In this document: positions 37,585-47,151 of the stretch, one piece after another
How the letters are laid out: every line of letters starts with the position of its first letter
Position numbering within the stretch: the first letter of the stretch is position 1
Source: Candidatus Polarisedimenticolaceae bacterium
Lineage (GTDB): Bacteria; Acidobacteriota; Polarisedimenticolia; Polarisedimenticolales; DASRJG01
Assembly: GCA_036376135.1 (NCBI GenBank)
Contig: DASVAW010000179.1
Location: 19,566-83,565 of the forward strand
DNA length: 64,000 bases
Reading direction: 5' to 3'
Translations under genes and position numbers: made by a program
The notes under the pieces: generated by a model
Seen by the model: the letters and a program-made list of their open reading frames with translations, nothing else
Database searches by the model: none
What the model was told of the DNA's origin: nothing

Positions 37585-39398
37585 CGTTTCCTCGGGGGCG
37601 CCGCACGCCGGGATCGCGCGAGCAGATCCTCGGCGCGGGCCCGAATCTCGTCGTCGGGGGTGTCGGCGAGGATCGCCTCGCACAAGGCGCCCGCCGCCGT
37701 CCAGTCGCCGCGGTTGGCGAGCCCCGCCGCGTCGTTGAACTGCGCGGCGTGCCGGTTGCGCCGCGCCACGGGCTCGATCCGCGCGATCTCCGCGTCGAAG
37801 CGCGACCGGATGTCCGCGCTGGGCGCCGCGTCCCTCCCGGAACGCAGCAACGCCAACGCGCCCTCGAGGTCCCCCGAGGCGATCCGCGCGTTGATCCCGG
37901 GGAAGTCGGCGAGCGCCATGCGCTCGCGCCCCGTCGCGACGACGGACGGATCGTCGAGAGCGGCGATCGGGCCGTCGAGGACCGCCTGCGCGCCGGCGCG
38001 ATCCCCGGCGCGGGCGCGAAGCGAGACGAGATTGAGCAACACGTCCGCGCGGGGGGGGAGCCGGGGGAGCGCCTTCTCGATGGCGGCGATGCCGATCGCG
38101 GGGTCGCCAGGGCCCGCCACGTAGGTGGCTCCGAGCGACGCGAGGGCCTCGGCGTCGTCCGGGTCGCCCTCGAGCACGCGCTCGAGCAACGCGCGGGCGC
38201 GGGCGACGTCGACCGCAGCGGTCGCATCGGCCTCCACCCCCGCCGGGCGGGAGCCCGCGCGGGAGAGGAGGTTGCGCGCGGCGATCGTCGCGACGAGCGC
38301 GTCGGCGGGTGCGGCGGCGAGGGCCTCCTCGAAGGCCGGCGCGGCCGCGTCGTACTTCCGTTCGCGGCTGCGCAGCCAGCCGATCCCGGCGAGCGCGGGG
38401 GCGAAACCCGGCCGCTCGGCCAGCGCGGCCCGGAAGTGGGCCTCCGACTCCGAGGCGTTCACAGGGTCGAGGCTCGCGAGCAGCCAGCCCAGCCGCGTGA
38501 GGAGCTCCGGTCGGGCGATCGGCCGGGCCGAGGCGTCGAACGCCGGCGGAGTCGCCGGAATCCGGTAGAAGGCGAAGCGCTCGTTGCGCGCGAACGCGGC
38601 GAGGTCCGCGTCGAGTTGCGACGGCTCGATCGCGACGGTGGCGGTCCAGGCGGCGACGGGATCCTCGCCCTTGGCGACGCGGCGGACGAACTCCGTGGTG
38701 GGGGCGCGAAGCTCGCCCCGCTCGACGAGCAGGAACGCCGCGAGCGCCCACGACTCCGCCTGGAAGATCGAGCTGTCCCCGAGGATCTTCGGCTCGGGTC
38801 CGATCGGCCGGACCGCGCGGAGCAGGTCGGCGACGGGGATCGGCTGCTCCCGCCCGAGGGCCCGCAGGTGAGCGCCGATCGGCCGTCCCACCTCGACCAG
38901 GTCCCCCTCGACGCGCGCGTTGGCGTAGATCTGGGCGAGCCCCTCCCGAAGCCAGCGCGGTCCGCGGGGAAACGCCGATTCCAGGAGGTCGCTCAGGTAC
39001 GCCGAGGTCGCGACGTCGACGGGGATCTCGTCGGGGCCGGCCACGGGGAGCGCGATCACGTCCCTGTACTCCGCGGAGCGATAGAACGCGGAGGGGCGCG
39101 AAGGATTCGTGGTGGCGTACAGGCGGCAGTACGGCCGGAACGAGGCGGCGTCACGGAACAGGACCACGTCGATCGGCCGGGTCGTCCGGAGCGGCACTCC
39201 GGGAGTCAGCAGCCCGAGCGCGTGACGCAACCGCTCGAGCCGCATCGCGAGCGCGAGGCTCGCGGGCTCCGGCGCGTTGGAGAGCACGCGGAAGTTGGGC
39301 GTGGAGCGCTCATGCCAGCGGTCGGCGTCCGGCGGCAGGGCCGAGGCCGCCGGGGCGAACGCGAGCAGCGAGAGTGCGGTGAGGACCTGCTTGAGCAT
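37581..39398 (-). CDS. Secreted protein, DUF1570-like N-terminal region plus TPR-like repeats
   Basis: Signal peptide MLKQVLTALSLLAFAPAASA. HERSTPNFRVLSN..VVLFRDAASF resembles DUF1570 from memory (weak). Ala-rich TPR-like C-terminal half. Confidence 0.65.
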   Translation of the reverse strand: MLKQVLTALSLLAFAPAASALPPDADRWHERSTPNFRVLSNAPEPASLALAMRLERLRHALGLLTPGVPLRTTRPIDVVLFRDAASFRPYCRLYATTNPSRPSAFYRSAEYRDVIALPVAGPDEIPVDVATSAYLSDLLESAFPRGPRWLREGLAQIYANARVEGDLVEVGRPIGAHLRALGREQPIPVADLLRAVRPIGPEPKILGDSSIFQAESWALAAFLLVERGELRAPTTEFVRRVAKGEDPVAAWTATVAIEPSQLDADLAAFARNERFAFYRIPATPPAFDASARPIARPELLTRLGWLLASLDPVNASESEAHFRAALAERPGFAPALAGIGWLRSRERKYDAAAPAFEEALAAAPADALVATIAARNLLSRAGSRPAGVEADATAAVDVARARALLERVLEGDPDDAEALASLGATYVAGPGDPAIGIAAIEKALPRLPPRADVLLNLVSLRARAGDRAGAQAVLDGPIAALDDPSVVATGRERMALADFPGINARIASGDLEGALALLRSGRDAAPSADIRSRFDAEIARIEPVARRNRHAAQFNDAAGLANRGDWTAAGALCEAILADTPDDEIRARAEDLLARSRRAAPPRKR

Positions 39399-39450
39399 GG
39401 TCGACAGAGCATAGCCCGAGCCCCCCTTGCGGCGGTATCCTCCGCGCACG

Positions 39451-42180
39451 ATGACGCGACGCGCGAAGGGGGTCGTGGCGGGGGTTGCGGCCGTCGGCTT
39501 GTACGCCGCCTTCGGCTTTCTCATCCTCCCCGGCATCGTCCGATCGGTGGCGGTCGACCGCCTCGGGAAGCTCACGGGACGGAGCGTCTCGATCGCGAAG
39601 GTGCGGACCAACCCCTTCGCCGTCTCGGTCACCGTGCGCGACCTGAAGGTCGTCGAGCCGGGCGGCGAGATCCTCCTAGGATTCGACCGGCTCTACGCGA
39701 ACGCCGACATCCTCCACCGGCTGACGGGGTGGTGGGCGTTCGACGCGATCGAGGTCGACGGCGCGCGGGGCCTGCTCGTCCAGCGCCCCGACGGGTCCTT
39801 CAACGTCACCGACATCGCGAAGCGATGGCAGGAGACCCCGCGGGACCCCGGTCCGACCTCGCCGCCGGCGCCCCTCCGGATCGACCGCGTCCGCGTCGCC
39901 GGGGCGACCCTCGCCTTCCGGGACGAGACGCGCGCTCCGGCGTTCGGCAAGGTCCTGGGACCGTATTCGTTCTCGGTCGACGCGTTCCGCTCCGAGGGGC
40001 GCGAAGGAGGCCGGCACGCGTTCCAGGCGAAGACCGAGTCGGGGGAGACCCTCGCCTGGGACGGCACCCTCGCGATGGCGCCGCTGCGCTCGGAAGGGGA
40101 CCTGAAGGTCGAAGGGGTGGACGTCGCGAGGTACGCCCCGTATTTCGCCGACGCCGTCGGGTTCGACCTGAAGCGTGCCCGCTTCGACCTGAAGACCGGC
40201 TACCGCGTGAGCCTCGACCCGGCGTCCCGCGCGTTCGTCCTCGAGGGGCTCGAGACCACGCTGCGCGAGATCCGGCTGACCGAGCGCGGCTCGGACGAGT
40301 CCGTCTTCGAGAGCCCCGAGATCAAGGTGGCCGGGGCGAGCGTCGACCTGTTCGGGCGGCGCGCGGAGATCCCCGCCGTGGAGTCGAGCGCGGGACGTCT
40401 CCTGATCCGGATCGGCGCGGACGGGACGACGAACCTCGAGCGCCTGGCGCCCCGCGCGGAGGCGAAGCCGGCTCCCGAGGCACGACCGTTCTCCGTGCAC
40501 GTCGGGCGCGTCGCGTTCACGGGATATGCGGCGAGGTTCGAGGACCTTCAGACCCCGCGGCCGATCGGCGTCGATCTGAAGGACGTCTCCGTCGAGGCGA
40601 AGGACGCGTCGACGGACGCGACGAGCCGCCCCGACCTGACCGTCCGCCTCGGGTTCGACAACGGCGGGACGGTGGAGGCGACGGGGCAAATCGCGCTGCG
40701 GGCGCTCGCCGGATCCGCGCGCGCGACGCTCGTGGAGGTTCCCCTCGCGCCGTTCGACGCCTACCTCGAGGACACCTACGCGCTGCGGATCGTCGACGGG
40801 ACGGCTTCGGGAGCGGGGGAGGTGACCTTCGACTTCGGGAAGCCGGAGCAGGCGGTCTTCGAATACCGCGGCGACCTCGCCCTCGACGGCCTGCGCGCCC
40901 TCGACGCGGCCACGACGGAGGAGTTCCTCCGGTGGAAGGGCGTCGCGCTGGCGGGCGTGGCCTTCACCGCCGATCCGCCGTCGCTCGCGCTGAAGTCGAT
41001 CACGATCGCCGGGCCGGGCCTGCGCGTGGTCGTGCGGGAGGACGGCCGGACCAACCTCGCCGACGTGTTGCGTGTTCCGGTCGCCCCCCCGGAGGGACGC
41101 GTGGACGAGGAGGCCGACGCCCCCGAGCCGGAGACGCCGGTCGTCGAGCCCACCGTGGACGCCCCCGCCCTCGAGCGCCCCGTGACGATCGGTCGCGTGA
41201 CGATCCGCGACGCCGCGGTCGCCCTCGTCGACAGGCGCACGGAGCCCGACGCGACTTTCCGGCTGGACTCCCTCGCCGGAACTCTCGACCGGATCTCCAC
41301 CGACGACCTCTCCCGCGGCGACGCGTCGTTCACCGGCAAGTTCGACGGCGTCGCCCCCTTCCGGATCGAAGGACGCATCAATCCCCTCATCGCCGGCGAG
41401 AACAGCGACTTCACGGTGACCGCGCGCGGGATCGAGATGACGCGTTTCGGGCCGTACGCCGAGAAATGGCTCGGCTGGACGATCGCGCGCGGAAAACTCG
41501 ACCTCGATCTGCGCTACGCCATCGCCTCGCGGAAGCTCACCGCGACCAACGTCGCGACCTTCCTGCCGCTCGAGCTCGGGGAGAAGACGGCAAGCCCCGA
41601 CGCCACGAAGCTCCCCGTGAAGCTGGGTCTGGCGCTGCTGCGCGACGGCGACGGGAAGATCGTGGTGGACCTGCCGATCGAGGGGAGCCTCGACGACCCG
41701 AAGTTCCGGGTCCGGCGCGTGGTCCTTCGCGCGCTCGTGACCGTCTTCAAGAAGGCGGCGACCTCGCCCTTCAAGCTCCTCGCGGGGCTCGGAGGCGGAG
41801 ACGACGCCGGCAGCCTCGATCGCGTCGCCTTCGCGCCGGGCGTCGCGGCGATCGACCCGGCGGAGCAGGGGAAGCTCGCGTCGCTGGCCGGGGCGCTCGC
41901 CGCCCGGCCGGGTCTGTCCCTGGAGATCTCCGGCGGGGCGGGGGGCGAGGCGGATCTCGCCGCCCTGCGGCGCGCGGCGCTCCCGCCCGAGCCGGCCCCC
42001 ACCGCGGACGCTCTGGCGGCCGTCGCGATCGCGGAGGGGACGCTGCGCTCCCTGGCCGACGCGCGCGCGACCGCGGTGCGCGACTGGCTCGTGGGGGCGG
42101 GCGGGCTCGACCCGTCGAGGGTTCGCCTCGCGGGGGCGGCGGAGGCCGAGCCCGGCGTGCGCTTCTCCCTCTCCGATTGA
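39451..42180 (+). CDS. DUF748 domain protein (AsmA-like envelope protein)
   Basis: N-terminal anchor VVAGVAAVGLYAAFGFLILPGIV. SVSIAKVRTNPFAVSVTVRDLKV and repeated DLKxxxV-type modules are typical of DUF748. Confidence 0.75.
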   Translation: MTRRAKGVVAGVAAVGLYAAFGFLILPGIVRSVAVDRLGKLTGRSVSIAKVRTNPFAVSVTVRDLKVVEPGGEILLGFDRLYANADILHRLTGWWAFDAIEVDGARGLLVQRPDGSFNVTDIAKRWQETPRDPGPTSPPAPLRIDRVRVAGATLAFRDETRAPAFGKVLGPYSFSVDAFRSEGREGGRHAFQAKTESGETLAWDGTLAMAPLRSEGDLKVEGVDVARYAPYFADAVGFDLKRARFDLKTGYRVSLDPASRAFVLEGLETTLREIRLTERGSDESVFESPEIKVAGASVDLFGRRAEIPAVESSAGRLLIRIGADGTTNLERLAPRAEAKPAPEARPFSVHVGRVAFTGYAARFEDLQTPRPIGVDLKDVSVEAKDASTDATSRPDLTVRLGFDNGGTVEATGQIALRALAGSARATLVEVPLAPFDAYLEDTYALRIVDGTASGAGEVTFDFGKPEQAVFEYRGDLALDGLRALDAATTEEFLRWKGVALAGVAFTADPPSLALKSITIAGPGLRVVVREDGRTNLADVLRVPVAPPEGRVDEEADAPEPETPVVEPTVDAPALERPVTIGRVTIRDAAVALVDRRTEPDATFRLDSLAGTLDRISTDDLSRGDASFTGKFDGVAPFRIEGRINPLIAGENSDFTVTARGIEMTRFGPYAEKWLGWTIARGKLDLDLRYAIASRKLTATNVATFLPLELGEKTASPDATKLPVKLGLALLRDGDGKIVVDLPIEGSLDDPKFRVRRVVLRALVTVFKKAATSPFKLLAGLGGGDDAGSLDRVAFAPGVAAIDPAEQGKLASLAGALAARPGLSLEISGGAGGEADLAALRRAALPPEPAPTADALAAVAIAEGTLRSLADARATAVRDWLVGAGGLDPSRVRLAGAAEAEPGVRFSLSD

Positions 42181-42241
42181 CATCCATCGATTGCCTCGCG
42201 GGGGCGCGATCGTTACCGTTCGCCTCCACGCGGAGGTCCCG

Positions 42242-43486
42242 ATGCACCCGACCCGCGACGCCGACCCCGGAACCCAGGTCATCCACGCGGGCGCCGAGCC
42301 CGATCCCGCCACGGGGGCGATCTCGACGCCGATCTACCAGTCGTCGACCTTCGCCTTCCGCGACGCCGACGAGGGGGCGGCACGGTTCGCGGGGACCGAC
42401 CCGGGGTACAAGTACACGCGGCTGGGGAACCCGACGACGCGCGCCCTCGAGCGCTGCGTCGCCGAGCTCGAGGGGGGGCACGACGCGCTCGCGACCGCGA
42501 CGGGGATGGCGGCGGTCTCCACGGTGTTCCTCGCGCTCCTGAAGAGCGGCGACCACGTCGTCGGCACCGACGCCGTGTACGGCCCGACCCGGCTGCTCCT
42601 CGAAAAGCAGCTCGCGAAGTTCGGGATCGTCTCGACCTGGGTTCCGAGCGAGGACCTCGAGGCGGTGCGGGCCGCGATCCGGCCGACGACGCGGATCGTC
42701 TTCGTCGAGACCCCCGCGAACCCGACCATCAAGCTGACCGACCTCGCGGGGTGCGCGGCGATCGCGCGGGGGGCGGGGGCGCTCCTCGTCGTGGACAACA
42801 CCTTCTGCTCGCCGATCCTCCAGAAGCCGTTCCGGTTCGGCGCGGACGTCGTGATCCACAGCATGACGAAGTACCTCAACGGCCACAGCGACGTCGTCGC
42901 CGGGATCGTCGTCAGCTCGACCGCGACGCTCCACGCCGAGATCGGCGCGTACCTGCGCAGCCTCGGCGGGACCATGGATCCGCACCAGGCGTGGCTCGTC
43001 CTTCGCGGGATCCGCACCCTCGCGCTCCGGGTGGATCGCGCGCAGCGCACCGCGGAACGACTCGCCCCCTGGCTCGAGAAGCACCCCGCGGTGACGTGGG
43101 TGTCCTACCCGGGTCTCGCCTCCCATCCCCAGGCCGACCTCGCGCGTCGCCAGATGGCGGGGCCGGGGGCGATGATCTCCTTCGGGGTTCGCGGCGGCTT
43201 CGAAGCCGCGAAGGCGGTCTGCGACGGCGTTCGCCTCGCGACCCTCGCCGTCTCCCTCGGCGGCCTCGAGACCCTGCTCGAGCACCCGGCGTCGATGACG
43301 CACCGCGCGGTCCCGCGGGAGGAGCGCGAAGCGGCGGGGATCACGGACGACCTGATCCGCCTCTCCGTGGGGTGCGAAGGGGTCGAGGACCTCGAGGAGG
43401 ACCTCGACCGGGCGCTGATCCGGGCGTCAGCCGGACTTCCGCAGGGTGAGCGCGATGCCGCCCCCGTCGGCGTCCCGGTGCCCTAG
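42242..43486 (+). CDS. Cys/Met-metabolism PLP enzyme, methionine gamma-lyase / O-acetylhomoserine sulfhydrylase-like
   Basis: ISTPIYQSSTFAF, YTRLGNPT, VETPANPT, and the PLP-Lys block HSMTKYLNGHSD. The 3' 60 nt overlap the convergent tusA-like gene. Confidence 0.85.
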   Translation: MHPTRDADPGTQVIHAGAEPDPATGAISTPIYQSSTFAFRDADEGAARFAGTDPGYKYTRLGNPTTRALERCVAELEGGHDALATATGMAAVSTVFLALLKSGDHVVGTDAVYGPTRLLLEKQLAKFGIVSTWVPSEDLEAVRAAIRPTTRIVFVETPANPTIKLTDLAGCAAIARGAGALLVVDNTFCSPILQKPFRFGADVVIHSMTKYLNGHSDVVAGIVVSSTATLHAEIGAYLRSLGGTMDPHQAWLVLRGIRTLALRVDRAQRTAERLAPWLEKHPAVTWVSYPGLASHPQADLARRQMAGPGAMISFGVRGGFEAAKAVCDGVRLATLAVSLGGLETLLEHPASMTHRAVPREEREAAGITDDLIRLSVGCEGVEDLEEDLDRALIRASAGLPQGERDAAPVGVPVP

Positions 43487-43657
43487 GTAGACGTGCCCTT
43501 CCCTGTCGAGCAGCGCCCTCACGTCGAGCACGAAGAGCGGGTCGTCCCCGAGGACCGTGAGCTCCGTCCCCGGCGCCAGCGCCTTCAGGCGATCGCGGGT
43601 CCGGTTCGCGGGCACGGGGCACCGGAGCCCCCGCGTGTCGAGGATCTCGACGGACAT
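43427..43657 (-). CDS. tusA: TusA/SirA-family sulfur carrier protein
   Basis: 76 aa; LDTRGLRCPVP is the conserved CPxP active-site motif. Confidence 0.8.
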   Translation of the reverse strand: MSVEILDTRGLRCPVPANRTRDRLKALAPGTELTVLGDDPLFVLDVRALLDREGHVYLGHRDADGGGIALTLRKSG

Positions 43658-43705
43658 GCGCGGACCTTAACATCGGCGCTACCCTGCGCGGCCGGAGGAA
43701 CGACG

Positions 43706-45571
43706 ATGAAGCGCCTTCTCGCCACCGCACTGCTCTCCGCGGCGTTGCCCGCGCTCGCCGACGGCCGAAGCTGGAACCTCGACGAGATCTACCCGTCGGA
43801 GCAGGCCTGGACCGAGGCCAAGCAGGGGGCGCTCGCCGATCTCCCGAAGCTCGAGGCCTGCAAGGGCAAAATCGCGGCGTCGGCCGACGACCTGCACCGC
43901 TGCATCTCCCTCGCGTACGACCTCGACCGCAGGTTCACGCAGGTCGGGATCTACGCGAACATGCGCTACGACCTCGACACGCGCGTGGGCCGCTCGCAGC
44001 AGATGAACCTGGAGGCGCAGGAGGCGCGCACCCGGTTCGCGTCGGCCATGGCGTGGGTCCGTCCGGAGATCCTCGCCGCGGGAGCGGAGAAGATCCGCGC
44101 CCTCGTCGCTTCGGACAAGCGCCTCGCCCCTTACCGGCAGCCGCTCGAGGACATCCTCCGGCGCGCGCCGCACACCCTCGATGCGGCATCGGAGAAGATC
44201 GTCGCCGAGACCGCGATCATGGCCGATTCCGGCCAGTCGATCCGCGACGTCTTCACCAACGCGGAGCTTCCGTACCCCGAGGTCGTCCTCTCGAGCGGGG
44301 AGAAGGTCCGTCTCGACGCGGCGGCGTACACGAAGTACCGGGCCGTCTCCAACCGCGACGATCGCCTGAAGGTCTTCCGCGCGTTCTGGACGACCTACTC
44401 CGGGTTCACGCGGACCCTCGGCACGTCGCTCAACGCGCAGGTGCAGGCGCACGTCTTCCAGGCGAGGACGAGGAAGTTCGCCTCCTCGCTCGAGGCGTCG
44501 CTCTTCTCGGACAACATCCCCACGAAGGCGTACACGCAGCTGCTGTCCGACCTGCACGCGAACCTGCCGACGCTGCACCGCTACCTGAAGTTGCGCCAGA
44601 GGATGATGGGCGTGGACCGGCTGGGCTACGAGGACCTGTACGCCCCGATCGTCGGGAGCTACGACCGGACCTTCTCCCCCGAGGAGGCGGAGGCGCTGAC
44701 GCTCGAGGCCGTCGCCCCCCTCGGGAAGGACTACGTCGCCGGGTTGAAGACCGGGTTCGAGACCGGCTGGGTCGACTGGTTCCCGAAGACCGGCAAGCGC
44801 TCGGGGGCCTACAGCACCAGCGTCTACGGCCTGCACCCGTTCCAGCTTCAGAACTTCACCGGCCTCTACGAGGAGGTCTCGACGCTCGCGCACGAGGCGG
44901 GGCACTCGATGCACTCGTATTTCGCCGACAGGACGCAGCCGTACGCGACGCACGACTATCCGATCTTCATCGCCGAGGTCGCCTCGACCCTCAACGAGAA
45001 TCTGCTCGTCCACACGATGCTCGACAAGGCGAAATCCGACGACGAGCGGCTGTTCCTGCTCGGGAGCCAGCTCGACGGGCTGCGCACCACGCTGTTCCGG
45101 CAGGGACTGTTCGCCGAGTTCGAGCTGCGCGCGCACGAGATGGCGGAGAAGGGCGCCCCCCTGACCGGCGAGGCGCTCTCGAAGCTCTACCTGACGCTCC
45201 TGCGCGAGTTCTACGGGCACGACGCCGGCGTCTGCAACGTCGACGAGCTCTTCGCCGCGGAGTGGGCCTACATCCCGCACTTCTACTACAACTTCTACGT
45301 CTATCAGTACGCGACGAGCGTCGTCGCCTCCGTCTCTCTCGCCGACGGGATCCGCGACGAGATGCGGGGTCCGAAACCCTCGACGGCGCGCCGCGACGCG
45401 TACATCGCGATGTTGTCCGCGGGTTCGTCGAAATACGCCTACGACATGCTGAAGGACGCCGGGGTCGACCTCGCGACCCCCGGGCCGTTCCAGGCGGCGA
45501 TGCGCGAGATGAACAAGGTGATGGACGAGATGGAGGCGATCCTGGCCCGCAAGGGGGCGGGAACGCGCTAG
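43706..45571 (+). CDS. pepF: Oligoendopeptidase F family (M3B) metallopeptidase, secreted
   Basis: Signal peptide MKRLLATALLSAALPALA; zinc motif HEAGHSMH; about 620 aa. Confidence 0.9.
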   Translation: MKRLLATALLSAALPALADGRSWNLDEIYPSEQAWTEAKQGALADLPKLEACKGKIAASADDLHRCISLAYDLDRRFTQVGIYANMRYDLDTRVGRSQQMNLEAQEARTRFASAMAWVRPEILAAGAEKIRALVASDKRLAPYRQPLEDILRRAPHTLDAASEKIVAETAIMADSGQSIRDVFTNAELPYPEVVLSSGEKVRLDAAAYTKYRAVSNRDDRLKVFRAFWTTYSGFTRTLGTSLNAQVQAHVFQARTRKFASSLEASLFSDNIPTKAYTQLLSDLHANLPTLHRYLKLRQRMMGVDRLGYEDLYAPIVGSYDRTFSPEEAEALTLEAVAPLGKDYVAGLKTGFETGWVDWFPKTGKRSGAYSTSVYGLHPFQLQNFTGLYEEVSTLAHEAGHSMHSYFADRTQPYATHDYPIFIAEVASTLNENLLVHTMLDKAKSDDERLFLLGSQLDGLRTTLFRQGLFAEFELRAHEMAEKGAPLTGEALSKLYLTLLREFYGHDAGVCNVDELFAAEWAYIPHFYYNFYVYQYATSVVASVSLADGIRDEMRGPKPSTARRDAYIAMLSAGSSKYAYDMLKDAGVDLATPGPFQAAMREMNKVMDEMEAILARKGAGTR

Positions 45572-45604
45572 ACTGGCGTCGGGTCCCGCTCAGGAGGCCG
45601 CACC

Positions 45605-45913
45605 ATGAAAGCCATCCTGAATCTGACGTCCCATCCTCTCCGCGTCCCGCTCGGCAGCGGCAAGATCCTCCACCTCGCGCCCCACGGCCGCGGCCACGTC
45701 TCCGACGAGGCCGCGGCGGGTCCCGCGTTCTGCCGCTTCGTCCACGAGGGGCTCATCGACTTCGCCGGGGAATCGGTGCACACGCACCACGACCCGGGTG
45801 GCGGCCACGGGCCGCACGAGATCCCCCACGGCTACCCGCAGCCGGTGGTCGTCCATCCCGCGGGGAACAAGGGCGGCGAGCCGATGCGCGTGACGAAGCG
45901 CCGGGAGGCCTGA
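45605..45913 (+). CDS. His-rich hypothetical protein (102 aa)
   Basis: SD GGAGG 8 nt before the ATG. HTHHDPGGGHGPHEIPHGYPQ; no family recognised. First gene of a putative 3-gene operon. Confidence 0.55.
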   Translation: MKAILNLTSHPLRVPLGSGKILHLAPHGRGHVSDEAAAGPAFCRFVHEGLIDFAGESVHTHHDPGGGHGPHEIPHGYPQPVVVHPAGNKGGEPMRVTKRREA

Positions 45914-45948
45914 CGGCACGGTCGCGCTGAGGCGCTAGACTGCGCCGA

Positions 45949-47151
45949 ATGGGCGCGACCGCCTTCATCTTCGTCACCGTGGTCCTCGACGTGCTCGCGA
46001 TGGGCGTCGTGATCCCCGTCCTGCCGCGGCTGGTCGAGGGGTTCCTCGGCGGCGACACCGCGAGCGCGGCGGAGATGTACGGGGTCTTCGGGACCGCCTG
46101 GGCGGCGATGCAGTTCGTCTTCTCGCCCGTGATGGGCGTCCTCTCCGACCGCTTCGGGCGCCGCCCCGTGATCCTGGCCTCGAACTTCGGGCTCGGGTTC
46201 GACTACGTGCTGATGGCGCTCGCCCCGAACCTCGGGTGGTTGTTCGCGGGGCGGGTGATCTCGGGGATCACCGGGGCGAGCTTTTCGGCGGCGTCGGCGT
46301 ACATCGCCGACGTGACGCCCCCCGAGCGGCGCGCCGCCGGGTTCGGGATGATCGGCGCCGCCTTCGGGCTCGGCTTCGTCCTCGGGCCGGCGCTCGGCGG
46401 CATCCTCGGCTCCGCGCACCCCCGGCTTCCGTTCTGGGTCGCGGCGGGGCTGACCCTGGCCAATGCGAGCTGGGGGCTGTTCGTGCTCCCCGAGTCGCTC
46501 CCCGCCGACCGCCGCCGCCCGTTCGACTGGTCCCGCGCGAACCCGATCGGAACCCTGCGCCTGCTCGGCTCGCACCGGGAGCTGCTCGGCCTCGCTTCGG
46601 TGAACTTCCTGTACCAGCTCGCGCACCAGGTGCTGCCGAGCGTCTTCGTCCTCTACGCGGGGTACCGGTACGCATGGAACGAGAGGACGGTGGGGCTGAC
46701 GCTCGCCCTCGTGGGAGTGGGGAGCATGGTGGTGCAGGGAGCGCTCGTTCGTCCGATCGTGGCGTGGCTGGGCGAGCGCCGCACCCTGATGTGCGGCCTC
46801 GCGGCGGGGGCCGCCGGGATGGCCGCGTTCGGCCTCGCCCCGACCGGAGGGTGGTTCTGGGCGTCGCTCCCCGTCTTCGCGTTCATGGGCTTGTACGGCC
46901 CCGCGGCACAGGGGATCATGACGAGGCGGGTCGACCCGTCGCAGCAGGGTCACCTCCAGGGGGCGAACACGAGCATCCTCGGCATCACGGGTCTCATCGG
47001 GCCCGGCATGTTCACGCTCACCTTCGCGGCCTTCATCGGAGCCCGCGCGGATCTCCACCTCCCGGGGGCGGCGTTCCTGCTCGCGGCGTTCCTTCTCCTG
47101 GGAGCGATCCCGCTGGCGGTCGCGGTCACCCGCGGGGAGGTGCCTCGATGA
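45949..47151 (+). CDS. MFS efflux transporter, TetA/TCR (tetracycline-resistance-type) family
   Basis: VLDVLAMGVVIPVLP, GVLSDRFGRRPVIL (motif A), GRVISGITGAS, and GLGFVLGPALGG closely follow TetA-class pumps. 12 TM segments. Confidence 0.85.
   Translation: MGATAFIFVTVVLDVLAMGVVIPVLPRLVEGFLGGDTASAAEMYGVFGTAWAAMQFVFSPVMGVLSDRFGRRPVILASNFGLGFDYVLMALAPNLGWLFAGRVISGITGASFSAASAYIADVTPPERRAAGFGMIGAAFGLGFVLGPALGGILGSAHPRLPFWVAAGLTLANASWGLFVLPESLPADRRRPFDWSRANPIGTLRLLGSHRELLGLASVNFLYQLAHQVLPSVFVLYAGYRYAWNERTVGLTLALVGVGSMVVQGALVRPIVAWLGERRTLMCGLAAGAAGMAAFGLAPTGGWFWASLPVFAFMGLYGPAAQGIMTRRVDPSQQGHLQGANTSILGITGLIGPGMFTLTFAAFIGARADLHLPGAAFLLAAFLLLGAIPLAVAVTRGEVPR

Noticed and set aside
37749-42542. 1597-aa plus-strand ORF and 878-aa minus-strand ORF (39676-42312)
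   Set aside because: Low-complexity Arg/Gly/Pro translations overlapping the TPR gene (minus) and the DUF748 gene (plus), both of which have signal/anchor sequences and family-like blocks.
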